Part shown: positions 24,748-37,118 of the stretch, piece by piece | Numbering within the stretch: position 1 is the first letter of the stretch | How the letters are laid out: each line of letters opens with the position of its first letter | Assembly: GCA_951406725.2 (NCBI GenBank) | Contig: OX597814.1 | Location: forward strand, 114,576,001-114,640,000 | Origin: Octopus vulgaris | Lineage: Eukaryota | DNA length: 64,000 nucleotides | Reading direction: 5' to 3' | Notes under the pieces: generated by a model | Told to the model about the DNA's origin: nothing | The model's database searches: none | Seen by the model: the letters and a program-made list of their open reading frames with translations, nothing else | Translations under genes and position numbers: made by a program

Positions 24748-27627
24748 GCACGCACACACACACGCACACACACATATGTATCTGAAGTGACCAAACCTTT
24801 GATTAAATGATTTACAGTATTTTTTACTGACACATCTTAGTACCTCCAACTCTAAATAACTTAAGGAGTGGAATTTGAATAGAGTGATAACACATCTCCA
24901 TGGCTAACATCGATGGACAGCTGTTATCACAATTTAACTACTACGCCTGCTGTTGAATAGGTTTGAAGTTACTCTGTGGCCCATAGCCAATCCAGTGTTA
25001 ACGGAAGTTAGTTGGAAAAGCCTAGTTCATCCATCTTACTTTTGCCGTGTCATTATATCCACTGGTATCCTTGGTTACAGCCTCGGTTAGTCGGCTAAAG
25101 AAAACACTAAACCGCCACTTACAGAGGTCTGATGTCGATGAAATTTACAGCGATATATGATAAATAGCATGGTCAGTGAGAGACGCAGGTATTTATTTTG
25201 ACTAGGGATCAGCTGCCCGAACCTAGGTACTGTATCATATGTGATGGTGTATTGATCCTTTAGGTGTAATCAGTGAAAACTTATTGTAGTTTTACTTAAA
25301 TTAATTACGTAATGATCTCCGATCCCAAGTTCTCAATTTGACGTTGAAATTCTTGTTTCGTTGAACAATAAGAGGGTTTACTTAATCAATCACAGATCCT
25401 TGATGTGTGATAATCCCATAATAGACGGTACCCGGTTAAATTAAGATAAATATTGGCCTAGGCTTTGATTGAGTGATTTCTAACAGACCCACAAATAACA
25501 ACGGAAATGTTGAAGGAAAGTATTTTAATTCACTCTTCATTCATTAATAATTGTATCCATTCTGTACAAAAACATCACGCACATAATACCTTATATACAC
25601 GCACGCACGCACACACACACATTATTTAGTCCGGAGGAAAGAGATACTATCGCTCCTGCAGGCCCTCCAAGATTGGTGAGATTGAAGCCGTTAATGTGAG
25701 GTTTAAACTGTTGCTGATCAGTACCTGCAGGAAAGACACAAGCCAGTGTTCCAAGGAAGGGGGATTAGGCATGGCGATTTGTGTAGGGAAAGTGGGTGTT
25801 GGGTGCACCAAGGGTAACGAGAGGTGGGGAGACGAGTGGATCGGAAGTGTCTCAATTGTGTCGGTACAAGAGCATTCAGATCCGAGGAGCAGGGGCCAGT
25901 ATAGTAGCGATAACAAGGTATTATTTTTTAGTTTGTTCTAACCATTACGGACAAGTTTGTGTTAGTACACGGCCACTATAGTTGAATATTCTGTCTTTTG
26001 TGTCGTCTATTTGCACGTCTAATCGTCCAATGCTTTTTGTCGAAGTTTCAAGTCTAAACATAATCTCTGCTGCATGAACAGATTTGCACTGGGTATTCTG
26101 TTTATACTTGCAGTTTCTTTGTAGAATGGCTTATCTGAAATGGAACACCAACAGCTAGAAAGAAATTAATGTACGTAGTTGCATTCGGAATAAATGTTAT
26201 AACCTCCAACTAAATCTGTTGACCAAGTTCCTTTCACTTAATTCACTAATGCCTTAGGAAAAGCATAAAAACCAGGCCAACTGTTCCTCCATTCGGTGAA
26301 ATCAAATCAAGATACGATTATCCTAAGATAAATGTATTGTACTAATGCAAGAGGCTAATATTTATCTTGGTTGTTTTAGTTGAAATAATATATCTATATA
26401 TGAACAAATGCTTGAAGATGTACAAATATATATGTACAAATGGAAACAATGTTTTTCTATAATTTTCATATTTGACAAGCAGGATTACAGATTATGATTT
26501 ATATATGAATACTAGAAAACATTTTTGTAAATGGATCTCTGTCACAATTTCTGACCATGACTTTTCATATATTCGATCAACTGAACTATCAAGTTCATTG
26601 AATTAGCTGAGTATTCCACATGTATGCATACGCTTAATGAAATTACGAGACGGAATCAGTATGACACAGTGACAAGAGACTGGAGCTTTCATTTACTGGC
26701 ACAATCCACCTGACGAGCTTCCATTTTATTCCTGTCTAACCAATTTCACTCACATGACACAAATCAACGCCAAATTATTCAAAATTACACCTGCCCAAGG
26801 TGCCATGTTAAGGAATCGAATTCTGGATTTCGTGATTTCGAAGCAACTGTTTAAACTAATTGGCTACACTGCTTCTAAAATGTCCTTGTATTACAGAATT
26901 AAAGATTAATTTTTTAAGCATATACTTTTTGACTCTGAAAATAATTCAATGATTAATATTTTTAAGCAATACATACATACATACATACATACATACAACA
27001 TACATACAAACATACATACATACATACATACATACATACATACATACATACATACATACATACATACATACACACGCACATAAATACGTACGTACGTATG
27101 CACATATGCACATATGTATGTATGTATGTATGTATGAATGCATGATGCGTATATTTATATATGTATATACACACTCACATACATACTAGTACCGAAAGGA
27201 GACTCCAAAACTCCAAAAGGCGGTGCTCCAGCATGGCCTCAGCCTGAAATCAGTAAAAGAATAAAAGAACACACACACATATCATTTGATATTCACAGGA
27301 TCTAGATTCAAGTTACTATTAGTTTCGTAATATGAAAATATATTTGTTGGCCCACTTTGTATCGCGTGACATTTTTCCAAGTAGTCTTCCTGCCTCAAAT
27401 ATACACCATGGCACGCTATGCAAGCTTGTCCAACAATCGTCTTTACAAGTATGAAACTAATGGTAAGTCGAATTTAAATATTGCGTATTTTAAAATATAC
27501 GTCTCTCACTGAATGGAGTAATTTCATCGGTCGTTCCATCAATAACGGAATAGCACATATGTCTGACTGTCTATATGTATGTATGTATGTATGTATATCT
27601 GTCTATATATATTTAAATACATACGTG

Positions 27628-27710
<83 letters not shown>

Positions 27711-27749
27711 ATATCCGTGTATTTGTGTGAGTGTGTGCTTACGTGTGAA

Positions 27750-27982
27750 AGTGCGTGACTTAATGGTTAGGGTATTCGGCTTACGATCGTAAGGTCGTGA
27801 GTTCAAATCCCGGCGACGCGTTGTGTCCTTCAGCAAAACTCTTTATTTCACGTTGCTTCAGTCCATTCAACTGGCAGAAAAAATTTCTATCTGTAATTCA
27901 AAGGGTCGACCTTGTCATATTCCGTGTCACGCTGAATCTCTCTGAGAACTATGTTAAGGGTACACGTGTCTGTGGAGTGCTC
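27750..27982 (+). mobile_element. tRNA-derived SINE, family C-related
   Basis: GTGACTTAATGGTTAGG A-box-like and GAGTTCAAATCCC B-box; 3' part shared with 60085-60170. Confidence 0.75.
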
Positions 27983-28004
27983 AGACGGAGTGTACATGTG
28001 TATA

Positions 28005-28262
28005 TATGCCGACTGTCCTTTCTTATCAAAAGAGAGTCAACCTTTCGTTGAACCATGCGCGTCTATGTGCACACAGATGGCGCTTCAGTTCAGCTTCTGT
28101 TTTGCAAGAATGTTTACAGTCGTAGCACTTGAACTGTTTTTTCCCTGAAATCACCAGCTGTGTTGTGACCTCATATATGTTACCATGCGCGGTCGGACCA
28201 CCAATTGATTTGGACTTGCAAATAAATCTACACACATTACAAATGTCAATAATGCGATACAT
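28005..28262 (-). mobile_element. RTE-type LINE 3' end with two decayed C2H2 fingers
   Basis: CNVCRFICKSK...TAH and CYDCKHSCKTEAELKRHLCAH; the tail TTGATAAGAAAGGACAGTC resembles the RTE 3' end at 24492. Confidence 0.55.
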
Positions 28263-28899
28263 ACATCCTATTGAAGGCTTATCAGTAATTATGGTTCTCC
28301 GTTTTATTTTCTGAATTTCTCATCAATGGAGAAAATCCAGTTTGTAACCTAGAAACTAGATACTATCATTGAAATTTAGACGACATCAAACAGGATAGAA
28401 TTATTGTATGTACGTATATATGTACGTACGTATGCATGTATATGTAAGCATGAATACCTCCCAACTGTATCTATAGTTACATAATACATGAATAGATAAA
28501 GTTTCACACACGTAGACATATGAATACAGACGTTCTTCCATGGTCGAACCTTATATAAAAGATAGAAGTAAAAATGTCTCTTTCTGTGTTTCCGGTCCAG
28601 TAAAATATTCCCAATGGATGTGCACAAGATAAGAAGCATAGCAGCTGTTTTGTTTTACAATTTTCACATGTTATTATGACAATCATATCTTGACTTCTGG
28701 AAATCCACATAGAAATGTTTTTAGCAAAGTTTATTTTAGTAGTCGTTCGTTTTCTTTCCCAACACCAAAGTGTGTGAGGTATAGTGTTCAAAATGCAGCC
28801 AAAAATGCTTCCTGTGTGTTAGAACATGTCAAAAAGGCAGGTGATTACAAATGCATACTGCATATCTGAGTAACATGTTTACCTACCCATTTTTCTGAC

Positions 28900-29172
28900 A
28901 TTCTTCTTCTTCTTCTGGTTTGGCTCAGTTTCGGTCTTATTCCTCGTAGGATTTATGCGGGTAACGGGTTCCTACCCGTAACCTTAAGTATCCATAAGCT
29001 TTCAGCAGTATTTCAAGTGCTTAGAACCCTCCTGATAATCCTTGCTGTCCCTAAGAGACAAACTTTCTGCAGGAGCTCTACCGGGTATTCTATTCCAATC
29101 GCCTTCAGCCATCTGTCTATAGCTTTGCTTACTGTTCTCAACGCACAAGTTATTAGAGGTACGACCTTTACT
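28900..29172 (-). mobile_element. R4/Dong-type (restriction-like endonuclease) LINE 3' fragment
   Basis: 29171-29013 translates VKVVPLITCALRTVSKAIDRWLKAIGIEYPVELLQKVCLLGTARIIRRVLST*; abuts a TTA-rich repeat. Confidence 0.75.
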
Positions 29173-29211
29173 GTTTATTATTATCATTATCATTGTTATA
29201 ATTATTTTTAA

Positions 29212-29760
29212 GTGAGAGAGCACTGCTTACCATCAAAGTGACACTGGGGCACAGATATATGAAGCCCAATATACCCATTATGACTACCCGTCTGATATGA
29301 GTACACCAACCACATGCACCACAACTGTTTGTGCGTGACATGATGATCTCATATCAAGATAAACAGCGTATGACCTTGCAGGTGGGGCCCATTTAGAGTT
29401 TCCTTCCGGTCGAGTAGCCCATCCTGCTCAAAAGGTCCCTGAATAAGATTTGTTGCCAGGGATGAATTATCCAAACTTCAAAGAATTCCTCTCAACACAT
29501 GGCTATGATGCTCACCCATAACTCCTGCTCGTGATCAGAGATGCAAATATTATCAGCCACCAAGGGACATGCTCAAGTGGTTAAGGTCAAGCAACTGACA
29601 AGAAAATCTGTGGAATTGAGAAGAATATCTGCTGTATATTTTATACCAAGACAATTTTATACCGTCTCTTATACCAAGACAAAACATGTATATGACAACG
29701 CTTCCAATCAGTTAAGATCAGAAACCATGAGAGCCACTGCCTAGTACTGCATCATGGCAA
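29212..29760. mobile_element. Unclassified ~550-bp non-coding interspersed element between (TTA)n tracts
   Basis: Higher-GC block with sharp boundaries at TTA repeats on both sides. Confidence 0.45.
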
Positions 29761-29772
29761 GTTATAATTATA

Positions 29773-29808
<36 letters not shown>

Positions 29809-29810
29809 GA

Positions 29811-30225
29811 AGGCGCCGCGCTGGCAGAATCGTTAGCACGCCGGGCGAAATGCTTAGCGGTATTTCGACTGCCGTTACGTTTTGAGTTCAAATTCCGCCG
29901 AGGTCGACTTTGCCTTTCATCCTTTCGGGGTCGATTAAATAAGTACCAGTTACGCACTGGGGTCGATATAATCGACTTAATCCATTTGTCTGTCCTTATT
30001 TGTCCTCTCTGTGTTTAGCCCCTTGTGGGTAGTAAAAGAAATAGGTATTTCTTCTGTCGCTTTACGTTCTACATTGAAAAACCTGCCGAGGTCAACTCTG
30101 AAATCCATACTTCTGAGTTCGATAAATTTAAGTACCACTCAAATACTGGGGTCGATGTTATCGACTTACGTCCTTCCCTCAAAATTATCGGTCTTATGTC
30201 AACATCAGAAATTATTATTATTATT
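29811..30225 (+). mobile_element. SINE family A
   Basis: Family A head and body with a degenerate second unit. Confidence 0.9.
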
Positions 30226-30752
30226 TAGTCACATGCTTTTTTTTAATGGTTCAGTCAGTGGAAAGAAACTATCTCTAAATGTTCTTGTTTCCTAAGTGGT
30301 TGGAAGAAGTTAACCGTAGTCCGTAGGAGCAAATGATTGAAATGTTAAACCAAGTGACGAGTTAGATATTTCCGCGTGGATAACTCTGTGTTAGTTGAGT
30401 TACGATGAAAGATGTTCCAGATATAGCCATCCCGTCTTTTAATATTTTGGGACTTGGATTATCCATTTTATTCTTCCACTCTTTAAGACCATAGATTTGA
30501 GGAAATTTTAACTGCTTTCTCTAGCACAAGCGACCTCGTAAAGGCTCTCTCATAGATTCATATCAATAAGACACTGCATATTATTCATGGAAGACAAAGC
30601 AGCGGGCTACAGACTCGAACTTAGCTTCCTATGTATTTGTCTCATCTGTAACTATATAATATATAATCACACCGACTTCTTTCACGTCATACAGCCCACT
30701 TTCACGCCTCCTCCCCCAACACATAAAAACGATAAGCGTCGCCATTTTCAAT

Positions 30753-31042
30753 CCTAGCCAGGCTCATGGGCCAGGTTTCCCGGTTTCTGTGGCGTATGTG
30801 TCCCCCTCCCCAGCTGGATGAGATGCCAGTCCATCGCAGCGTTACTCAAGAAACAGGAAGAGAGAGTGAGAGAAAGTTGTGGCGAGAGAGTACAACAAGG
30901 GTCACCACCACCCCTGCCGGAGCCTCGTGAAGCTTTTAGGTGTTTTCGCTCAATAAACATACACAACGCCCGGTCTGGGAATCGAAACCGCGATCCTCCG
31001 ACCGCGAGTCCACTGCCCTAACCACTGGGCCATTGCGCCTCC
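30753..31042 (-). mobile_element. SINE family C
   Basis: GGAGGCGCAATGGCCCAGTGGTTAGG head, GTTTCGATTCCC B-box, GCGATGGACTGGCATC..TCCAGC domain. Confidence 0.88.
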
Positions 31043-31051
31043 AAATAAATG

Positions 31052-31295
31052 CGCCCTTTTAAAGCCTAGCCAGGCGCATGGGCCCGGTTTCCCGGTTTCT
31101 ATGGCGTATGTGTTCCCCAGCTGGACGGGACGCCAGTCCATCGTAGCGTTACTCATTTTTGCCAGCTGAGTGAACTGGAACAACGTGAAATGAAGTGTTT
31201 TGCTCAAGAACACAACGCGTCGCCCGGTCCAGGAATCAAAACCACTATCTTACGATCATGGTGCTGACACCCTAACCACTAAGCCACGCACCTCC
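31052..31295 (-). mobile_element. SINE family C variant (different tRNA head, same 3' tail)
   Basis: Shares the CCTAGCCAGGC..ATGGGCC..GTTTCCCGGTTTCT tail with 30753. Confidence 0.85.
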
Positions 31296-31906
31296 ACCTC
31301 CACCCCACCCCATACAGATACATATATTCTCGCACAGATATTTCAGACTACTGACCTGTTCATACAGCTGTAACTTATTCTCAACATAACCAGACCGCAT
31401 CAGAGGTATTGGCCTATCACTTCACTGCCTGAGAAAACTTCAGTCTCGAACAATTACTAATCCTAGGCAAAGCTCAAATTATTCTTACATTGGAATACTA
31501 TACCTACAGTTGGGATAGAACTGCCATAAACATGCATACGAGACCGCATAAAATGCCATCCGAGAAGGAACTTTCTCGCTAACACACTGTAATCTTTCGC
31601 CCACAGACGTTTACGTTTTTACTGAACCTGCCTACTTGCATCTATTCAAGAAAGGCATTAACCACTTCGATTTTACGGAAATTTCGGAGAGCCTGCATAT
31701 GTACAAGATCTCCTTTCAAATCAAATCATAAAAAAAAATCCAATACGTACATTTTATTTGATATTTGGAAGTGTAATAAATGGATATGGCATTTCCCTTC
31801 CTATTTGAATAATAAAAAAAAAATGAAAACATTCAGCAGAAACGAGCCTTTATAATAATTTACTTTATGCTGATGAAAAACACTTCTGGTTTAAATTCGT
31901 CAAAAT

Positions 31907-31948
<42 letters not shown>

Positions 31949-33000
31949 ATCTCGTAATTCCCCAAAAGGTAGCATCCGAAATATATGTTGAGATTGACTA
32001 CGGAAAAAATAATTTCCAAAACCTTGTAAATCTATTAGTGATGATGGATCGTCTATCGCTTTCGACAATGATACATTGAAAATACATTTGTTCGATCAAC
32101 AAATCTATCTATTCGATAAATTAACATATAAGTGGCTGATTATGCTGCAGATATGTGTACCATTACCATAATTCTCAGGTAGAAGCAATGTGATATAATA
32201 TCTGATAAGAAAAAACCTTTCAATTGCAAGATGAATCCATCTGATAGGATTCTACACTGTTTTGTCTACCAATAATTTTTTTGAAAGCTTGGGTTAACCC
32301 GAAGCTTTGACAAAACAAAGCCACTTGTCCATAATGCCAGGTAATGGGGCCGAATTCAAGACACCGTGTGCGGAAAGCAAACTTCTTAACCACTTAGCCA
32401 TACTGACACCCATGAATGAGTCTGTAAATGCTATGATTAATATTTTTTCCTACTGCAAGTTGTGTTTTAAATTTAGTTTACTGTCAGTAATATCTTTTAA
32501 AATAGCAACACTATTAAAAGAAGATTTTGATCTGGTTTTAATTCTGTAAGACTAATCCATAATAGGAGATTGGTTTTCTGAAAAAAATTATTTTATTTGA
32601 TAATCCAATGAGAAAAGCAGAGCACAATCGTATTTTTACCCTCTTGAATCAGATGTGCTGTTACTTCTTAAAACTGTCATTAGTTGATACAATTCTTTTT
32701 TTAAAGAACGGTATTCAAATTACAAATCATTAATGTACAGAACGAAATGTTCTTCAGCAATTCGGTATTACAGAACTTAAATCACTGTGCTATCGACTTT
32801 GCATTGCCCACCTTCTCAGTGTCGATAAAAGGACTTTCAGTCTAATATTGGGTTCAGTTTAATCGATCGTACACTCCCCCAGGTTTTTGATGTCATCCTA
32901 ATGCTTAGAAATCAATATTTTAGGGGAAATAATTCAAGGCTTGAACGATTAGATCATAAAATTGGAAGGTGTAATGGATCGAGATAACAGCAACGGGAGT

Positions 33001-33198
33001 GGAGGCGCAATGGCCCAGTGGTTAGGGGCAGTGAGCTCGCGGTCGTAAGAACGCGGTTTCGATTCCTAGACCGGGCATTGTGAGTGTTTATTGAGTAAAA
33101 ACACCTAAGCTCTACGAGGTTCCGGCGGGGAGGGGAGGTGAACCCCGCTGTACTCTTTCACCACAACTTTTTCTCACTCTTTCTTCCTACTTCTTCCT
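33001..33198 (+). mobile_element. SINE family C, 5' part
   Basis: Head near-identical to 31042-30850. Confidence 0.85.
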
Positions 33199-33869
33199 CA
33201 AAGCAGAGGAACCATGGTGTAACCCACTATGGTGTGACAAACTTTCAGATCCTAGTCTAGATTGCGAATCCTCTGTACCCCAGGATGGTTCAGCTCTCCA
33301 CCCTTCAAAAAGCCACCGTATATGGAATGAGGATAACAACGTAGCTTTCGCGCCCGTGCAACCGCCAGTCTATCGCGTGTAGCGGGTGGATCTTCAAGTT
33401 GTCACACGTATTCTTAGTAGCTTGGAGCAGGCTCGAATTAGAGATTATTCTTTGTGGCTAATGGCGTGAGTCCTGATTGGAAGAAGAAGAAGGAGAAGAA
33501 GACAGCAACGGGACAAAAAGCAACTAAATTGATTTGAATTTGGTTAGTGGGTGGTAATTAGTTTAGCTGCTCTGGGACGACTCTTGTTTTCTGGCAAAAG
33601 ATACAGAAATGGAATAGAAAAAGCTTAACGGCACTCAATACATGGTGGGTTATTTATAGTGTGTGTCTTTCTCAATAAGATCGAAATATTTAACGCTTTT
33701 AAAGTAGTTTAGCATATTTCACGTATGTAGAGATAACCAATGTCCAAGGTCTAATAGTAGTAGTGGTAACATGGATGAAAACATGTAGAGAAAGTTTTTC
33801 TGCTAACTGAAATTGCATTTCCCAAATGAGATTAAATATCCATTAGTTTTAGTTTTCTTGAGAAGTGTT

Positions 33870-33939
<70 letters not shown>

Positions 33940-34619
33940 ATGTGTGTGTGTGTGTGTGTGTTACATTGAATATAAAGTTCATAGAATTGTATCGGTTGTC
34001 GAATTTGTCTTTCACTTTCTTCGTAATAAGGACATGTTTTGTGAAGATGGTACTGTTTTATTATGTATTTAAATTGAAGTAATTCTGTCTTTCTCTCTCT
34101 CCCTCTCTCTTTCGTTTCTAAATTTAACACATATACAGCTGGAGATTCAACAGAAATGATATCCTTCCTTTATAAATTAATCACAAATAATTTTCAAAAT
34201 CGTATTAAGCGATGTTTCCACAGCAAGTGGTTATTTGCCTCTAAAGAGAGCGAATACAAATACTGTGTAAAGCAGAAAGAATAAGAACTATACGTTTTGA
34301 CAAGATACGCAATTTGTTAAACAAATAACATTTCAGTATTGAAATCGCATCGAATTTAATTACGAGAAAAAAAATAAAAAACCGAAAAAACATCGTGGAA
34401 TTGTATGAAGATTAAAGCTGTCGTTTTTACCCCCCGTTTTATATATTTTTACACACATAAATAATAAGCTGACGATGATTTTTAGGCACATTTATAAATT
34501 AAGAAAGGTTTTTCGTCACTTCTTTTTTATTTATTTTGCATAATATATTTTGAGCATAAAAAAAAATAACAAGCGCTTTCCTGGAAGATATATACAGAAT
34601 AGAAAAGCTAATATTTGAA

Positions 34620-34911
34620 ATCCGAGGGAACTGGACAAGTTCTTGTGGGAAATAAAAAAACATATTACATCAACTGCTGCTTGGCAGGCTTCTCACCATG
34701 TATCACAACGACCATTTCTCTCTTTCAGCGCTTCCCATCACACCACACAATTCACACACGTACCCTTACGTGTCTCATTCGCTTCCACTTCCTCCTCCAC
34801 ACGCCGACCCTAACATATAATAATCTCTCTCTCTTTGTCTTCATTTCCAACTCCTTCCTCTTGGCTATTGAAAACGCAGACGACGGGCTAAAGCCCGAAA
34901 CGGCAGCTTTT
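34620..34911 (+). mobile_element. Old Penelope-like element 3' end with a decayed minimal hammerhead (34871-34911)
   Basis: [CAGACGA] C GGGC-uaaa-GCCC [GAAA] CG GC AGCUUU, preceded by a C/T-rich tract. Confidence 0.5.
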
Positions 34912-36237
34912 TTTTACTTCGCTTGACAATTGGATTTTCTCGAGAATAGAAATCTGTGTTCCAAAATATTTTGAATTCGCTTTTCTGCTGCGAACTGGCA
35001 GTTGTCATGGTGATGTCAACCTACAGTTGAAAGATAATCGCTTTCGATAATTGATAGAAGAATTTTGTTATTTCTTTATTCTTTGTAAGAGGTATTGTTT
35101 GGAATGAACTGTATGTTCTTATGATGAATTTTTCTAAAGGGGAACATTGATTCGCTGTCTTCGTAAACAAAGAAAAAAGAAAATATCATTTAAAAATATC
35201 CTCCAGTAAGAAAAGCCGCTGCTTTTATGAAACTAATTATTGTGCAAAATAGCAAAGTTCTCTTTATCGTTCTTCACGATGATCTGTCGATGTTCAGAAA
35301 ACAAAACATTAATTTAAAAGTCAATGTATCACCCACAAACTCTGTTACATCTGCCGTCAGAGTGTTGAGTACGATTTTCGGTGCACACACCTTAGCTCTC
35401 CTCCTCCGCACCACATCCTCCTCCTCCTGCTACTACTACTGCTACATAGTCACACACGCATACGTACACACACACGCGTGCAAGTACACATACTATTAGA
35501 CTTAATACGTTATTTGCTTCAATATTCACCTGGCATAGATTACTTTCAGCTATTAAGATCCGTGTAAGTTTTGAGAAAACCCACTTATACTTTAAAATAT
35601 GCCAATTTCACGAAGAAAATTATGCAAGTATAATTACTTTCCTGTTGTAAAAATAAGTTTCAGGAAAGACCATTTTAAAATCTAAACAACATATAAAGCT
35701 GATAAAACCAACAAATAAAGCAACATTTCTTTGGAGACGAAAAGACTGACTGTTTTCCATTGTTACCCACCGTATCACTTATTTAACAGCACTTAACTTC
35801 CTCAGAACTCTGCATTATTCATTCAGATAATTGCAAATCCGTAGAGGAGTTGTTACAATCCGTGTAGCTGCTTTTCTTGTTATAATTCCCATATACAAGT
35901 TTTATGAATTTTGTTGCATCTCATGGATTCATTATATCACAAATGCTCTTCTTTCTGTACATTATTAATCAGTTCATCCTTATTTCTCACACCGCATAAA
36001 TCTATACGGATAATACCACCTACACAGAACGGTAACCTTTTACTCAAAGACGTCGTCCAAACATTGTGTACAGACTTTATGTCAGGTATGCACAGCTACT
36101 TCTGTGAGGAAAAAAGCCTCTTGTAAGAAAATGATAGGCAAATATTGGATTGCCCTAAGATAACAGTCAGTGCGCTAACTAAAGCAACACACGCATGAAC
36201 TGCTAGTAATAAAACTTTACAATCCCTGCAAATCTAG

Positions 36238-36690
36238 ATAGGCACGCGTCGATCTCGAGACTCCATGGATCTGCGCTTGGAGATTTTTTGTCAGCTGCTG
36301 ATAGTGGTGTAGCATCTGTTGTGGCTGTACAGGCAGATAGGGAAGTGTCAGTCACGCATACAACGACTGCAGTTGAAGGGGCTCTCTACCAGCACTACTG
36401 GTTTTTCCTTTCGTCGAGAGCACTTTTCCTTGTTGGCAAGTTCGAGTTTCCTTTCCTCTCACTTCATCCCCCTTCGCAGTATTTGTCTCCAGGTAGGTGA
36501 TCATTTGCGACCTCCTCCCATCTTAGGACGTCCCGATCTATTGACTTCATATCTCTTTTGCAGACGTTCTTGAATTGAGGATGAGGTCGTCCTCGTGCTT
36601 TTGTACCGGTGGCCAGCTCCTCATACAAAAAGTTTTTTAACTTCGCGTCCGGCATGCGATGTATATGGTCAAGCCAGCGCAGACGGCGCT
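36238..36690 (-). mobile_element. RTE (BovB-like) LINE 3' fragment
   Basis: KNFLYEELATGTKARGRPHPQFKNVCKRDMKSID...WEEVAND. Confidence 0.85.
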
Positions 36691-36737
36691 GCTCTGGTAC
36701 ATCACAAACTTCAATTTACCTCTTATAACAATCATAT

Positions 36738-37118
36738 ACTCTTTTACTCTTTTACTTGTTTCAGTCATTTTGACTGTGGCCATGCTGGAGCACCGCCTTT
36801 AGTCGAGCAAATCGACCCCAGGACTTATTCTTTGTAAGCGTAGTACTTATTCTATCGGTCTCTTTTGTCGAACCGCTAAGTTACAGGGACGTAAACCCAC
36901 CAGCATCGGTTGTCAAGCGATGTTGGGGGACAAACACAGACACACAAACATACATATATATATATATATATATATACATATATACGACGGGCTTCTTTCA
37001 GTTTCCGTCTACCAAATCCACTCACAAGGCTTTGGTCGGCCCGAGGCTATAGTAGATACTTGCCCAAGATGCCACGCAGTGAGACTGAACCCGTAACCAT
37101 GTGGTTGGTAAGCAAGTA
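36738..37118 (-). mobile_element. SINE family B
   Basis: Reverse complement of the family B sequence, slightly 5'-truncated. Confidence 0.9.

Noticed and set aside
25630-26340. Higher-complexity block, possibly a decayed Penelope ORF N-terminus (IFNYSGRVLT)
   Set aside because: Too short and interrupted to assign
28026-28262. Host C2H2 zinc-finger gene
   Set aside because: No TGEKP linkers, decayed fingers and an RTE-like tail; treated as a LINE 3' end
33001-33075. tRNA genes (also the heads at 13243, 31042 and 42707)
   Set aside because: A/B boxes are present but they continue into multi-copy SINE bodies and lack a clean cloverleaf
36029-36090. Possible small exon (CAG|...CAG|GTATGC)
   Set aside because: Splice-like motifs only; no recognisable peptide or partner exons
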